Positions 8,682 to 17,249 of a DNA stretch of 64,000 bases are shown in pieces. The translations under genes and the position numbers were made by a program. Where the stretch lies: contig OZ241986.1 of NCBI GenBank assembly GCA_965204375.1, positions 3,104,001-3,168,000 of the forward strand, in the 5' to 3' direction. The notes under the pieces are model-generated. The model did not search any database, had not been told where the DNA came from, and saw nothing but the letters and a program-made list of their open reading frames with translations. Origin of the DNA: Candidatus Latescibacterota bacterium. GTDB taxonomy: Bacteria > Latescibacterota > UBA2968. Numbering within the stretch: position 1 is the first letter of the stretch; each line of letters begins with the position of its first letter.

Positions 8682-9506
8682 TTATTTTGACCTATTCTCT
8701 TCCAACCAGCTAACCGTGAAATCCACGACATCGCGTTGTGGCATGAGTTGGCAACTTGCGAGACCAACCTTGCCCTGGCGCACAACTTTCTCCGCGCTCG
8801 ACCGCAAAAAATCCTCACCTATGCGATCAAAATCTGAACTATCGATGTCAACATCTTTAAAGGTAGCCCAAGCCCTTGAACCCGACGCAGAGATCGGGGC
8901 ACCCTCCTGCACAATGCGTTTGGTAGAAAAATTCGCTCGATATTCCGCGAGGTGCATAGACGTATTATTTTTATGCCCCACACCGAGAAGCAGGACAAAA
9001 CCGTGCAAATCGTAAATTCTCGCAAGCGGCGAATGCTCGCCCATGCCAAAAGACAGTGAATGATCATCCACGACATACGATGCTTGAGGTCCACATGCAC
9101 AAAATGAGTCCAGCGGATGTGAACTGCGGAGAACCCCTCTCTGCTTGCGAAATGTCTCCGCGATCATACCCATAGCACGAGTCGGCGTAATATCTGGATC
9201 ATAAGCTGGCATAGTCTCGCGTATCACCGGCCACCACGACTCGGGGACAGGAGGACTCTTCCAATTGCTCGGCTCACTCAGACCGGTTGAGTGCGCAGGC
9301 ATCACAAGCGTTCCAGTAGATCCCAGAACTTTCTGAAGCGCAATAACAACCGCCACGGCTCCTCCACACACCCACCCCATCGCGCTCAAAGACGAATGCA
9401 CCAACACGACCATCCCCGGTCTGACGCCAAGCGCGCGAAGATCTGTCTGCAACGATTCAATCGTAGCGGGCATTTTTGTTTTTTCAACAACCTTGCTTTC
9501 ACTCAT
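8682..9506 (-). CDS. AAC(3)/YokD family N-acetyltransferase
   Basis: VLVHSSLSAMGWVCGG, GTLVMP, RSSHP, LLLGVGHKNNTSMHLAE. Start at ATG 9506. Confidence 0.92.
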   Translation of the reverse strand: MSESKVVEKTKMPATIESLQTDLRALGVRPGMVVLVHSSLSAMGWVCGGAVAVVIALQKVLGSTGTLVMPAHSTGLSEPSNWKSPPVPESWWPVIRETMPAYDPDITPTRAMGMIAETFRKQRGVLRSSHPLDSFCACGPQASYVVDDHSLSFGMGEHSPLARIYDLHGFVLLLGVGHKNNTSMHLAEYRANFSTKRIVQEGAPISASGSRAWATFKDVDIDSSDFDRIGEDFLRSSAEKVVRQGKVGLASCQLMPQRDVVDFTVSWLEENRSK

Positions 9507-9525
9507 TATTTCCCCAATGCGCCAC

Positions 9526-9870
9526 CTATTTCGCGGCAATCACAACCATCTCTACAAGTGTATCTCCCTCCAGATTGACCTCCACACAGGCGCGCTGGGG
9601 CCAATTGTCGGCACCTATCCAGGCGTCCCAAACCGCGTTCAGGATGGGTTTCTTTGACATATCTGTGATGTAGATCGTGACGGAAAGAAGACAAGACTTA
9701 TCGGTTCCAGCCTCGGCAAGATTCGCATCCAACTGTTCGAGCGCCTGTTGGGTCTGGCTCTTGAAATCTGCAGACACATCCGGTGCGGTGACAACCGTAT
9801 AGACGACGCCATTGTGTTCAACGGACTTGCTGCGACCAAATGCTTTTCCCGGATATCGTATGATAGTCAT
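9526..9870 (-). CDS. RidA/YjgF family protein (YoaB-like)
   Basis: QTQQALEQLDANLAEAGTDK, NAVWDAW, PQRACVE, LVEMVVIAA. Confidence 0.92.
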   Translation of the reverse strand: MTIIRYPGKAFGRSKSVEHNGVVYTVVTAPDVSADFKSQTQQALEQLDANLAEAGTDKSCLLSVTIYITDMSKKPILNAVWDAWIGADNWPQRACVEVNLEGDTLVEMVVIAAK

Positions 9871-9875
9871 AAATG

Positions 9876-9946
9876 CTCCGATAGATAGCGTTTTTCAACA
9901 TAAATTTCACTGATCTTGTGACAATTCTATCAACAAGATGGTTTCT
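9876..9946. repeat. Repeat A copy 2: ridA leader/promoter region
   Basis: 58/71 identical to 2021-2091. Contains the GGAG RBS of ridA, the TTGTGACAA palindrome and a possible TTGTCA-N16-TATGTT promoter on the minus strand. Confidence 0.85.
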
Positions 9947-10122
9947 GTGATGCACGCGATAAGTTTTTTGGGAAGGACCAGGATGACTGGCGATAACGGT
10001 CTGCGGATTGCCGAACCTGACCAAAAGATAAGAGAAAGGTAGAGTGGGTTGGGTAAGGAAAGGATTGGGAATGGGTGTATTACATCTCCTTCTGGTGCGT
10101 AATACCAGCCTCTTTCTCGTTT

Positions 10123-10857
10123 TTATTTTCGACAAATGATGAAATGTTCCATCCAGAAATGCCAGATATAATCTACGGAACGAAATCCCGCCTCTTTTAC
10201 CCACTCAACCTGAGAAGAAAAACGAGAAATCCGGTCTCTCTCCGGACTATCTTCATCTACCTGCTCGATAATCTCACGCACCCGATTCGCCTCTTCAATA
10301 TCAATCCCTGCCTCTTCGAACCTTTCCTCTCGGCGCAGAGTAAGCCGCCTTCGGCCCAACCTATAAACATCGTCGTCAAAGCGCGTGGACATGGCATCAA
10401 TTAAAAAGAACCAGCCACCCGTCTCAAGCGTATCATAAATCTGCCTGAATAGGCGAGCCTTATTCTCATCTGTAAGATGATGGATAGTCGAAAACGATGC
10501 AACAAACTGAAAGGACCCCAAACCTTCTGGCAGCCCCTCATTGAGGTCTCTCTGAAGAAACTCTACGCGATCTGCATGAGTGCCCATCTTCCGAGCCGCA
10601 AATTTCATCATCTCATCTGAAAAATCGATAGCGACACAGGTTGCTTTTGGATATTTCATCAGAACACAATTGAGAAATATACCCGTTCCACATCCCAAAT
10701 CGAGCATCCGAAATTCCGTCTGGTCATCAAACGGAATAAAATCCATAGCCAGACTGTGATAAAAGTCAAACATCTCAATCCGAACTGGTTGCAGGCGATC
10801 GTACGCCTCAGCACGGGTTGAGAATTGAACACTTTGAGATTTCTTTTTATTTCTCAT
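10123..10857 (-). CDS. Class I SAM-dependent methyltransferase (CmoA-like)
   Basis: MLDLGCGTG, IDFSDEM, TIHHL, GGWFFLID. Confidence 0.9.
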   Translation of the reverse strand: MRNKKKSQSVQFSTRAEAYDRLQPVRIEMFDFYHSLAMDFIPFDDQTEFRMLDLGCGTGIFLNCVLMKYPKATCVAIDFSDEMMKFAARKMGTHADRVEFLQRDLNEGLPEGLGSFQFVASFSTIHHLTDENKARLFRQIYDTLETGGWFFLIDAMSTRFDDDVYRLGRRRLTLRREERFEEAGIDIEEANRVREIIEQVDEDSPERDRISRFSSQVEWVKEAGFRSVDYIWHFWMEHFIICRK

Positions 10858-10894
10858 CTTTTATCTCAATTCGACCCGAAGATTTTTTCGCACA

Positions 10895-12253
10895 TCAGCG
10901 AGTGGTTGATAGTTTGCGGCCATATCTTTTCCCTATGGAAGCTGTGTTTGTGTTGACACAAACAGCATTATTGATAGCGTCAAGCGCCGATTTCACCTCA
11001 CACCACGGAACCTCATGAGGCAACCTGTCCGACAGAACGGCTCTGGCCGCACAAACCCCAGCGGCTTGGCCCATTGCCACGGCATTTCCAGTCACCCGGT
11101 AACTCGAATGCGCTATAAAATCGCCACTGATACAACGCCCCGCCATCAGCAAACCATCGACATCCCGCGCGATCAGCGCCCTGAGAGGGATATCATAGGG
11201 CTGGGACCGGTGCGGCTTGGCCTCCACGATCTTCGTTTTTTTCGGATCGGTCGAATGCACATCAATCCCCATCGTCACCCGGCAGACCGCATCCTCGAAC
11301 CGCGCACCCTGCAGAAGATCCTCCCCCGTTACCTCATACCGCCCGTGAATCCGCCGACCCTCTCGAATCCCAATCTGCGCGCCCGTTGACACCACGCGCA
11401 TATCCGACCATACACCGCCGTGCGCCCGCAAAGCAGCCACCTGTGTATGAACCTCTCGACGCGCGCGGATCATCGCCTCTGTAATCGCATTGGCATCATC
11501 GCATTGCACGCCGTACTGGTGATTCGCCATCAGCGCAAACAAATTGTCCCTGATCCGAAATAATGTCGGATGACCATAAGAAGGCGAAACACCGATCTCT
11601 TCCATCAACGCGAACAGCCGCTGCTTCGGCTCTGCCATAGACCCGCCCACGTAGGGTTCAATCTGATCGAACTGCAACCCCGTAATCAGCGCCATAAGAC
11701 TCATCGGCTGGACATCCCCAGTCTCCGGATGACCGACATCAAATCCACATCCGCAAAGCGCACCCAGATCACCGTCGCCAGTCGCATTGACAAAAGCCCT
11801 CGCGTGCCATGCTTCTCGTCCACTTTTGGACTCCGTAATCACAACCGAAAGCCTGTTCTCGCTATCCCGCGCTGCACCAACCACGCGCGTCAAAAGCCGA
11901 ACCTCGACACCCGCCTCGACACATATCTCGTCGAGAAGCAACTTCATCTCCTCGACATCATACGCATAGTTCTTACCACCCTGGGCGCGAAGCCTGCGCG
12001 CATCCCGCGCATCGAGCCGAGACGTAATCTCCGCCATAATGCCTGGCTTGTCCGCCGAATCGATAATCCAACTCAACGCACCCGTCGTCCACACACCCCC
12101 CAGACTGCCGTGCAACTCAATCAACCGCGTCCTGGCACCCTGCCGCGCACACGCAATCGCAGCGGCAATACCAGCCGGACCACCCCCGCAAACAACCACA
12201 TCCACATCTTCCACAATCGGAATGTCTCTTTCTTTTTCTTTATGAGTCAACAT
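10895..12253 (-). CDS. FAD-dependent oxidoreductase (FAD_oxidored family)
   Basis: DVVVCGGGPAGIAAA, ATGDGDL, IREGRRIHG, YDIPLRALI, LMAGRCIS. Start at ATG 12253. Confidence 0.9.
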   Translation of the reverse strand: MLTHKEKERDIPIVEDVDVVVCGGGPAGIAAAIACARQGARTRLIELHGSLGGVWTTGALSWIIDSADKPGIMAEITSRLDARDARRLRAQGGKNYAYDVEEMKLLLDEICVEAGVEVRLLTRVVGAARDSENRLSVVITESKSGREAWHARAFVNATGDGDLGALCGCGFDVGHPETGDVQPMSLMALITGLQFDQIEPYVGGSMAEPKQRLFALMEEIGVSPSYGHPTLFRIRDNLFALMANHQYGVQCDDANAITEAMIRARREVHTQVAALRAHGGVWSDMRVVSTGAQIGIREGRRIHGRYEVTGEDLLQGARFEDAVCRVTMGIDVHSTDPKKTKIVEAKPHRSQPYDIPLRALIARDVDGLLMAGRCISGDFIAHSSYRVTGNAVAMGQAAGVCAARAVLSDRLPHEVPWCEVKSALDAINNAVCVNTNTASIGKRYGRKLSTTR

Positions 12254-12266
12254 GGCAGCCTCCCAT

Positions 12267-14195
12267 TCAACTACAATACCTCTCCAACCACGACAACATC
12301 CTATCGAGATATTCCACATGCAGCGCCGGGTGTCCGCTCCTCCTGAACCCGTGAGACGACTTCGGAAAGCGCACAAACTCCACCGTCTTGCCCTGTCGTT
12401 TCAGCGCGACAAAAAACTGCTCGGCCTGCTCAATAGGACAGCGGTAGTCCTCCTCCCCGTGCATCAACAACACTGGCGTCTGCACCTCAGAAGCATACGT
12501 CAACGGCGACCGCTCCACAAGAGCTTCCACATTCTCCAGAACCGAACCCCGCCACTGATTCTCTCCGAAAGACACCCCGATATCCGACGTACCGTACATA
12601 CTGTGCAAATTGATACACGGAGCGCCGATCACCGCCGCCTTGAACCGATGATCGTGACCGACGATCCAGCTACTCATAAAACCGCCATAGCTATAGCCGT
12701 GAACCCCCAACCGGTCCGCATCCACATAGGGCCGCTCGCACAGCAGGTCAACCCCGGCCATCAAATCCAGAAAATCTTCCCCACCCCAATCCCCCAGCAC
12801 CATCTTCAGAAACTCCGGTCCATAAGACGACGACCCCCTCGGATTCACAGCCAGCACGATATAGCCCGCACCTGCCAGAACCTGATGCGTGACATCGTAC
12901 GAATCCGAGAACCGACCATTTGGTCCCCCGTGAATATCCAGCATCAGCGGATAGGACCTCGCCTCGTCGAAATCCTGGGGAAACAGCACCCGCGCCTGAA
13001 TCATCTCCCCACCCCGCTCGAACACCAGCTTCTCCACGCGCGCACCGGGATGCGCCTCCAAAAACCCGGCATTAACAGCCGTCACTGCGCGTTGACGCTT
13101 CTCTCCCACATCCATCACCACCACATCGCCCGGACAAACAGGCGAAGTCATCACCATCGCGACACACGCGCCCGAGCGGTCAACCGACAAACCCGTACAA
13201 ACCTGACCGCCCCCATCCACAACCTCGATTTGCAAAGACGGACCATCGGGATTCACCCGACACAAAAACGACTCACCTTCCCTGTCGCCGATAAACAAAA
13301 TCTCGCCCTTCGGCGTCCAGCACCGCGGCGCAAGAGGTTGCACAACCGTATAAACATCACCCGCCACACACACCGGCGCTTCATCTTCCCCAAGCACAAA
13401 CAACCACGACTGCCTTGAATCCCACACATCTGCATCCTGCGATCCCGCAACCACCAGCCGCTCTCCATCCGGCGACCAAGCCACGGACTCCGCGCGACTC
13501 AACCCATGCGACCAGCACTGCGATCTCCCACCCGTCTTGTCCATCACATGGACCGCTGAACCCCGCACAAAATCGCGTCCCTCGACGCAATCCGTCACAA
13601 ACGCAATGCGGCGCCCATCGGGCGACCACGCCGGCGCCCCGTAGTCACCTTCCCCATCTGTAATCTGCTCCGCCTCACCCGTTACGGCATCCACCAGAAA
13701 CAATTGCGAAAATGCGTCGCCTCGCCAGCCACCCTCGTCATCGCGATACCGCACGCGACGGGCGATCTGCGTCCTCGTCATCTTCTCCTCATCTTCTTCC
13801 ACGCGATCTGGATCCACGCGCGACACAACGACAAAAGCCGAACCATCGGGCGACCACGCCATATCCTTCACGCCATCGGGAAGCGTCGTCACCTGCCTCG
13901 CATCTCCGCCACCAACTGGCATCACCCAGACCTGCTTTTTATCATCCTCTCCCGAACGCAAAAACGCCAGACGCTTCCCATCTGCCGAAAGTCTGGGCGC
14001 ACTGTCCCCTGGCTCCTGCGCCACATCGACCGCATCCCCACTCTCAAGCGACTGAATCGCGATCCGCGACTCCCGCTTCATCGTCTCTTTGTTGATCTCT
14101 TGTCGCACGAAAACCACAGCCGACCCATCCGCCGCAATCTCCACTCCCGATACTTCGATCAAATTGTATATATGCTCGGGTTTAATTGGCGACAT
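12267..14195 (-). CDS. S9 family peptidase (acylaminoacyl peptidase-like)
   Basis: WSPDG beta-propeller repeats, IHGGP, GYSYGG nucleophile, HGEEDYRCP, SSHG. Confidence 0.93.
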   Translation of the reverse strand: MSPIKPEHIYNLIEVSGVEIAADGSAVVFVRQEINKETMKRESRIAIQSLESGDAVDVAQEPGDSAPRLSADGKRLAFLRSGEDDKKQVWVMPVGGGDARQVTTLPDGVKDMAWSPDGSAFVVVSRVDPDRVEEDEEKMTRTQIARRVRYRDDEGGWRGDAFSQLFLVDAVTGEAEQITDGEGDYGAPAWSPDGRRIAFVTDCVEGRDFVRGSAVHVMDKTGGRSQCWSHGLSRAESVAWSPDGERLVVAGSQDADVWDSRQSWLFVLGEDEAPVCVAGDVYTVVQPLAPRCWTPKGEILFIGDREGESFLCRVNPDGPSLQIEVVDGGGQVCTGLSVDRSGACVAMVMTSPVCPGDVVVMDVGEKRQRAVTAVNAGFLEAHPGARVEKLVFERGGEMIQARVLFPQDFDEARSYPLMLDIHGGPNGRFSDSYDVTHQVLAGAGYIVLAVNPRGSSSYGPEFLKMVLGDWGGEDFLDLMAGVDLLCERPYVDADRLGVHGYSYGGFMSSWIVGHDHRFKAAVIGAPCINLHSMYGTSDIGVSFGENQWRGSVLENVEALVERSPLTYASEVQTPVLLMHGEEDYRCPIEQAEQFFVALKRQGKTVEFVRFPKSSHGFRRSGHPALHVEYLDRMLSWLERYCS

Positions 14196-14197
14196 AT

Positions 14198-15343
14198 CTA
14201 TCTCCCACGCGACGTATAAACGCGACCGCCCTTGACAACCGCAACCGGCATCAGATTCTGCCGACCCGTCCGAACTTCTCCACGCGAATCCTCAAACCGA
14301 AACGCCCCTTCTCGCAACTCAAACAGCACAGCATCCCCAAACGCCCCTTTCGCGAGCGTCCCCACCTCACCTTTCATCCCGATAACCTCAGCAGGCACAG
14401 ACGTCACGCGCGAGATCGCCTCTTCCATCGACAGACCCAGGTGCAAAAACTTTGTCACCACAGACGCGAGATCGTAAACAGGACCATCTACATTGTAAAT
14501 ATGCAAATCCGATGAAATCGTAGTCGGCAGAACACCCTGCGACATCGCCGCCTCGACAATTCCCCATGAAAAAGACCCCGCCCCGTGTCCCACATCAAAC
14601 ACAACGCCCCGCTCAATCGCATCCAGAACCGAATCGCGGATGCGACCTTCGCCATCGAGAATCCCACACGGAAAGTCGTGAAAACAATGCGTCAAAATAT
14701 CCCCGCCCTTCATCACATCCAAAATATCGTCAATCGAATCGCACCACGCATCCTGCGGATGCACCATAATGGGCAATCCGGCCGCATCTGCCGCCTCTCT
14801 CGCCCTGTGCAGAGGCAACATCCCGGACCGCTCGCTGACGATACTATTCCGCGTCAGTCGAACCTTCACCCCGAGAACAATATCGCGGTGCTGCTCAATC
14901 ATGCGGCAGGCCTTATCCACATCCGCGTATTCGGGAATCTCGAACTCGCCGATCTCGGCAGTCAGCATACCCTGTGACGAGATATTCATCTGTGCCAGAA
15001 TCCGCGTCTCACTCACATCAATCACGTACTTCCGGAACCCCGGAAAAATATCTGCACCCGCAGATCCCGCATCGACCACAGTCGTCGCACCTCGGGCAAG
15101 ACACGTAGGGTCGGGTTCAATGCCGAAATGACTGACACCAGCAAACACATGGACGTGAATATCGATCAACCCCGGCGTCACCACACAACCCGTCGCGTCA
15201 ATCACCTCGCGGGCATCGCCCGTATCCAGATCTTCCCCAACAGCAGCAACCCTGCCCTCCGAGAACGCCACATCCCGCACATCACTGAGGTCTTCCGCCG
15301 GATCGACCAGCATCCCGCCCTTGATGAGCAAATCGTACTTCAT
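14198..15343 (-). CDS. Amidohydrolase/deacetylase of the dihydroorotase-like EF_0837/Atu3266 family
   Basis: PGLIDIHVH, TTVVDAGSAG, GVKVR, DILTHCFH, FDVGHGAGSFSW, ISSDLH. Confidence 0.88.
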   Translation of the reverse strand: MKYDLLIKGGMLVDPAEDLSDVRDVAFSEGRVAAVGEDLDTGDAREVIDATGCVVTPGLIDIHVHVFAGVSHFGIEPDPTCLARGATTVVDAGSAGADIFPGFRKYVIDVSETRILAQMNISSQGMLTAEIGEFEIPEYADVDKACRMIEQHRDIVLGVKVRLTRNSIVSERSGMLPLHRAREAADAAGLPIMVHPQDAWCDSIDDILDVMKGGDILTHCFHDFPCGILDGEGRIRDSVLDAIERGVVFDVGHGAGSFSWGIVEAAMSQGVLPTTISSDLHIYNVDGPVYDLASVVTKFLHLGLSMEEAISRVTSVPAEVIGMKGEVGTLAKGAFGDAVLFELREGAFRFEDSRGEVRTGRQNLMPVAVVKGGRVYTSRGR

Positions 15344-15373
15344 CGCAAACTCCCCTCTCGTAAACTCCTTCAT

Positions 15374-16156
15374 TCACCCGGCGTGTACGCGCGGCATGAT
15401 CAGGCGGCGGTTGCGCGCCAGGGGCAAACCGGCGAAAGCGCAACGGTTATTCCACTGATCTATAGCCGCAGCATTTTTGTATTCGTTAATAATGGCGTGG
15501 CGGCCCCGCTGGGTGTAGTTGTGCCCGGCTCTGTGTACCACCAGCACATGAATAATCGCCACATCGCCGGGTTGCGCGCTCAGAACAACCGGGCGTTCGG
15601 GAGCAATCAAATCATCTGCAATTGTATGGCCCTTATAGGTCGGAAACTCGCCCTCGCGATGAGAACCGGGCACCACCTCAGTGGCTCCGGCCTCAAAATC
15701 AGTGGGATCGAGGTACGTGATAGCCGCAGCCAGATCCGGAATCGTGTGACGCTCGTACGGCCAATCCTGATGCCAGCTCTGCGCGCAGAAAAAACCGGGC
15801 GGTTTATTGCGGATCTTCCCATTGTGAAAATCGAGATCAGGCCCCAAAAGATCGACCATAACCGAAACAATGCGCGGCTCGGTGAACTGATCGAACCAGT
15901 AGTCATCAGCCAGCGTCTGATCCATCATACCCACCACATTCTTCGGATTAAAAGGATCGGGCTGATACCCCTCGGGCACCTCCATAAAACTGTAGCGCAT
16001 ATTTTGGGGGCGCCCTTCGGTGCGGACGACCAGATCGTGGAAACGGCCGCGCATCTCCTGCATTTCTCGGGAACCGTAAAAGCCCTCCAAAAAGAGAAAG
16101 CCATCATCGTCAAAATCGCGCTTCTGATCTGGTGTCAGGATCAACAGATTGGACAT
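15374..16156 (-). CDS. Phytanoyl-CoA dioxygenase family (Fe/2OG)
   Basis: NKPP, WHQD, VVPGSH, PGDV, VHRAGHN. Confidence 0.9.
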   Translation of the reverse strand: MSNLLILTPDQKRDFDDDGFLFLEGFYGSREMQEMRGRFHDLVVRTEGRPQNMRYSFMEVPEGYQPDPFNPKNVVGMMDQTLADDYWFDQFTEPRIVSVMVDLLGPDLDFHNGKIRNKPPGFFCAQSWHQDWPYERHTIPDLAAAITYLDPTDFEAGATEVVPGSHREGEFPTYKGHTIADDLIAPERPVVLSAQPGDVAIIHVLVVHRAGHNYTQRGRHAIINEYKNAAAIDQWNNRCAFAGLPLARNRRLIMPRVHAG

Positions 16157-16196
16157 AACACAACCCTCCTACAACCGCTGATTAATAGGTATTTCG

Positions 16197-17177
16197 TCAA
16201 TGAGGATGGGATATTTCATGGAAAACGGGCAGCAAATAGGCGATAGCAACGCTCACGATCAGACCGAAAGTAATCTTCGCAAAGTCGGAAAGCACCAGAC
16301 GCGACACCTCCCGGCGGCTGCGGTGCTTTTCATTCCATGCAACGGCGATCTCGCGTCCAGCCAGCAACCCGACAAAAACCCAGGTCGTACTCATCGGGAG
16401 CTTGCTAACTTCCTTGAACAGGAACAGCACGATGCCATAGATCAGATCTACAAAAGTTGCCGAACGGATATCCGTGGTATTCGTCTTCGTCAACACCACT
16501 TTCTGGATCGCACCACCATGTGTATAAAAGATAATGGCTTGCATAGCCAGCATGGTTGCGATGGATGCTATAAACCATCCCACAGCTATATCTGGCGTAC
16601 GAGTGACCGGATCGCGCGGCAGGAAAACATAGATATTGGCCAGATCCTGTATCAGCCACTGACTCCAGAGAAAACCGGTTGAACACCACTGCGCCACCAC
16701 CCACCACGGGCTTTTCGGGCCATCCGTCTGCCTGAAACGGGACTCTAACCCCCGCGTAACCAGCCTGTAAATAAAGATAGCGGCCACGAATGCAGTCGCA
16801 TACCCCGCCAACGACTTGATCAGCATGCTCGGCAACGCCTTTGGTGCAAACACCGTCAGGGTCAGAAAAGTGGTACTAACCGGGATACCCCCGCGGGTCA
16901 GCAAAAGCAGTACAAAAGGCGGGATACAGTAAACCCAGTTAAAATGGTCTGGCACTGGAATTGCCGTAAGCCTACCATAGGAGACATCGCCATCATAGAC
17001 CACCCACCCATATACGAGAACCACGGTCAAGATGCCGCCGCCAAAGAGCCATAGCACCCACCAGGGACGGTGAGAATTAGAACTGAGAAACGTCCCCAAC
17101 GTCTGAATTGCGTCGTTGCCGACAATGGAATACGCACCGAGCAAAAAGCCAATGACCATTAAAACTTCCAAACTCAT
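16197..17177 (-). CDS. PiT-like (phosphate/sulfate permease-like) membrane protein
   Basis: Multi-TM. GNDAIQT, GIPVSTT, QDLAN and LPMSTT resemble the two PiT signature repeats. Confidence 0.65.
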   Translation of the reverse strand: MSLEVLMVIGFLLGAYSIVGNDAIQTLGTFLSSNSHRPWWVLWLFGGGILTVVLVYGWVVYDGDVSYGRLTAIPVPDHFNWVYCIPPFVLLLLTRGGIPVSTTFLTLTVFAPKALPSMLIKSLAGYATAFVAAIFIYRLVTRGLESRFRQTDGPKSPWWVVAQWCSTGFLWSQWLIQDLANIYVFLPRDPVTRTPDIAVGWFIASIATMLAMQAIIFYTHGGAIQKVVLTKTNTTDIRSATFVDLIYGIVLFLFKEVSKLPMSTTWVFVGLLAGREIAVAWNEKHRSRREVSRLVLSDFAKITFGLIVSVAIAYLLPVFHEISHPH

Positions 17178-17249
17178 AAATCCCTCCCTGTAAGGTGTGT
17201 TAAATGTCCATTGGCAGACATTCAACGAACGGTTGCGATAATAAGGATA

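Noticed and set aside
1-10900. Integron cassette array (CALIN)
   Set aside because: The cargo is integron-like, but many genes overlap or are under 40 bp apart, and I found no RYYYAAC...GTTRRRY hairpins. A lone GTTAAGC near 6307-6313 (minus strand) has no partner. No intI is in the window.
12252-13418. 388-aa plus-strand ORF
   Set aside because: Antisense shadow of the S9 peptidase with no recognisable motifs.
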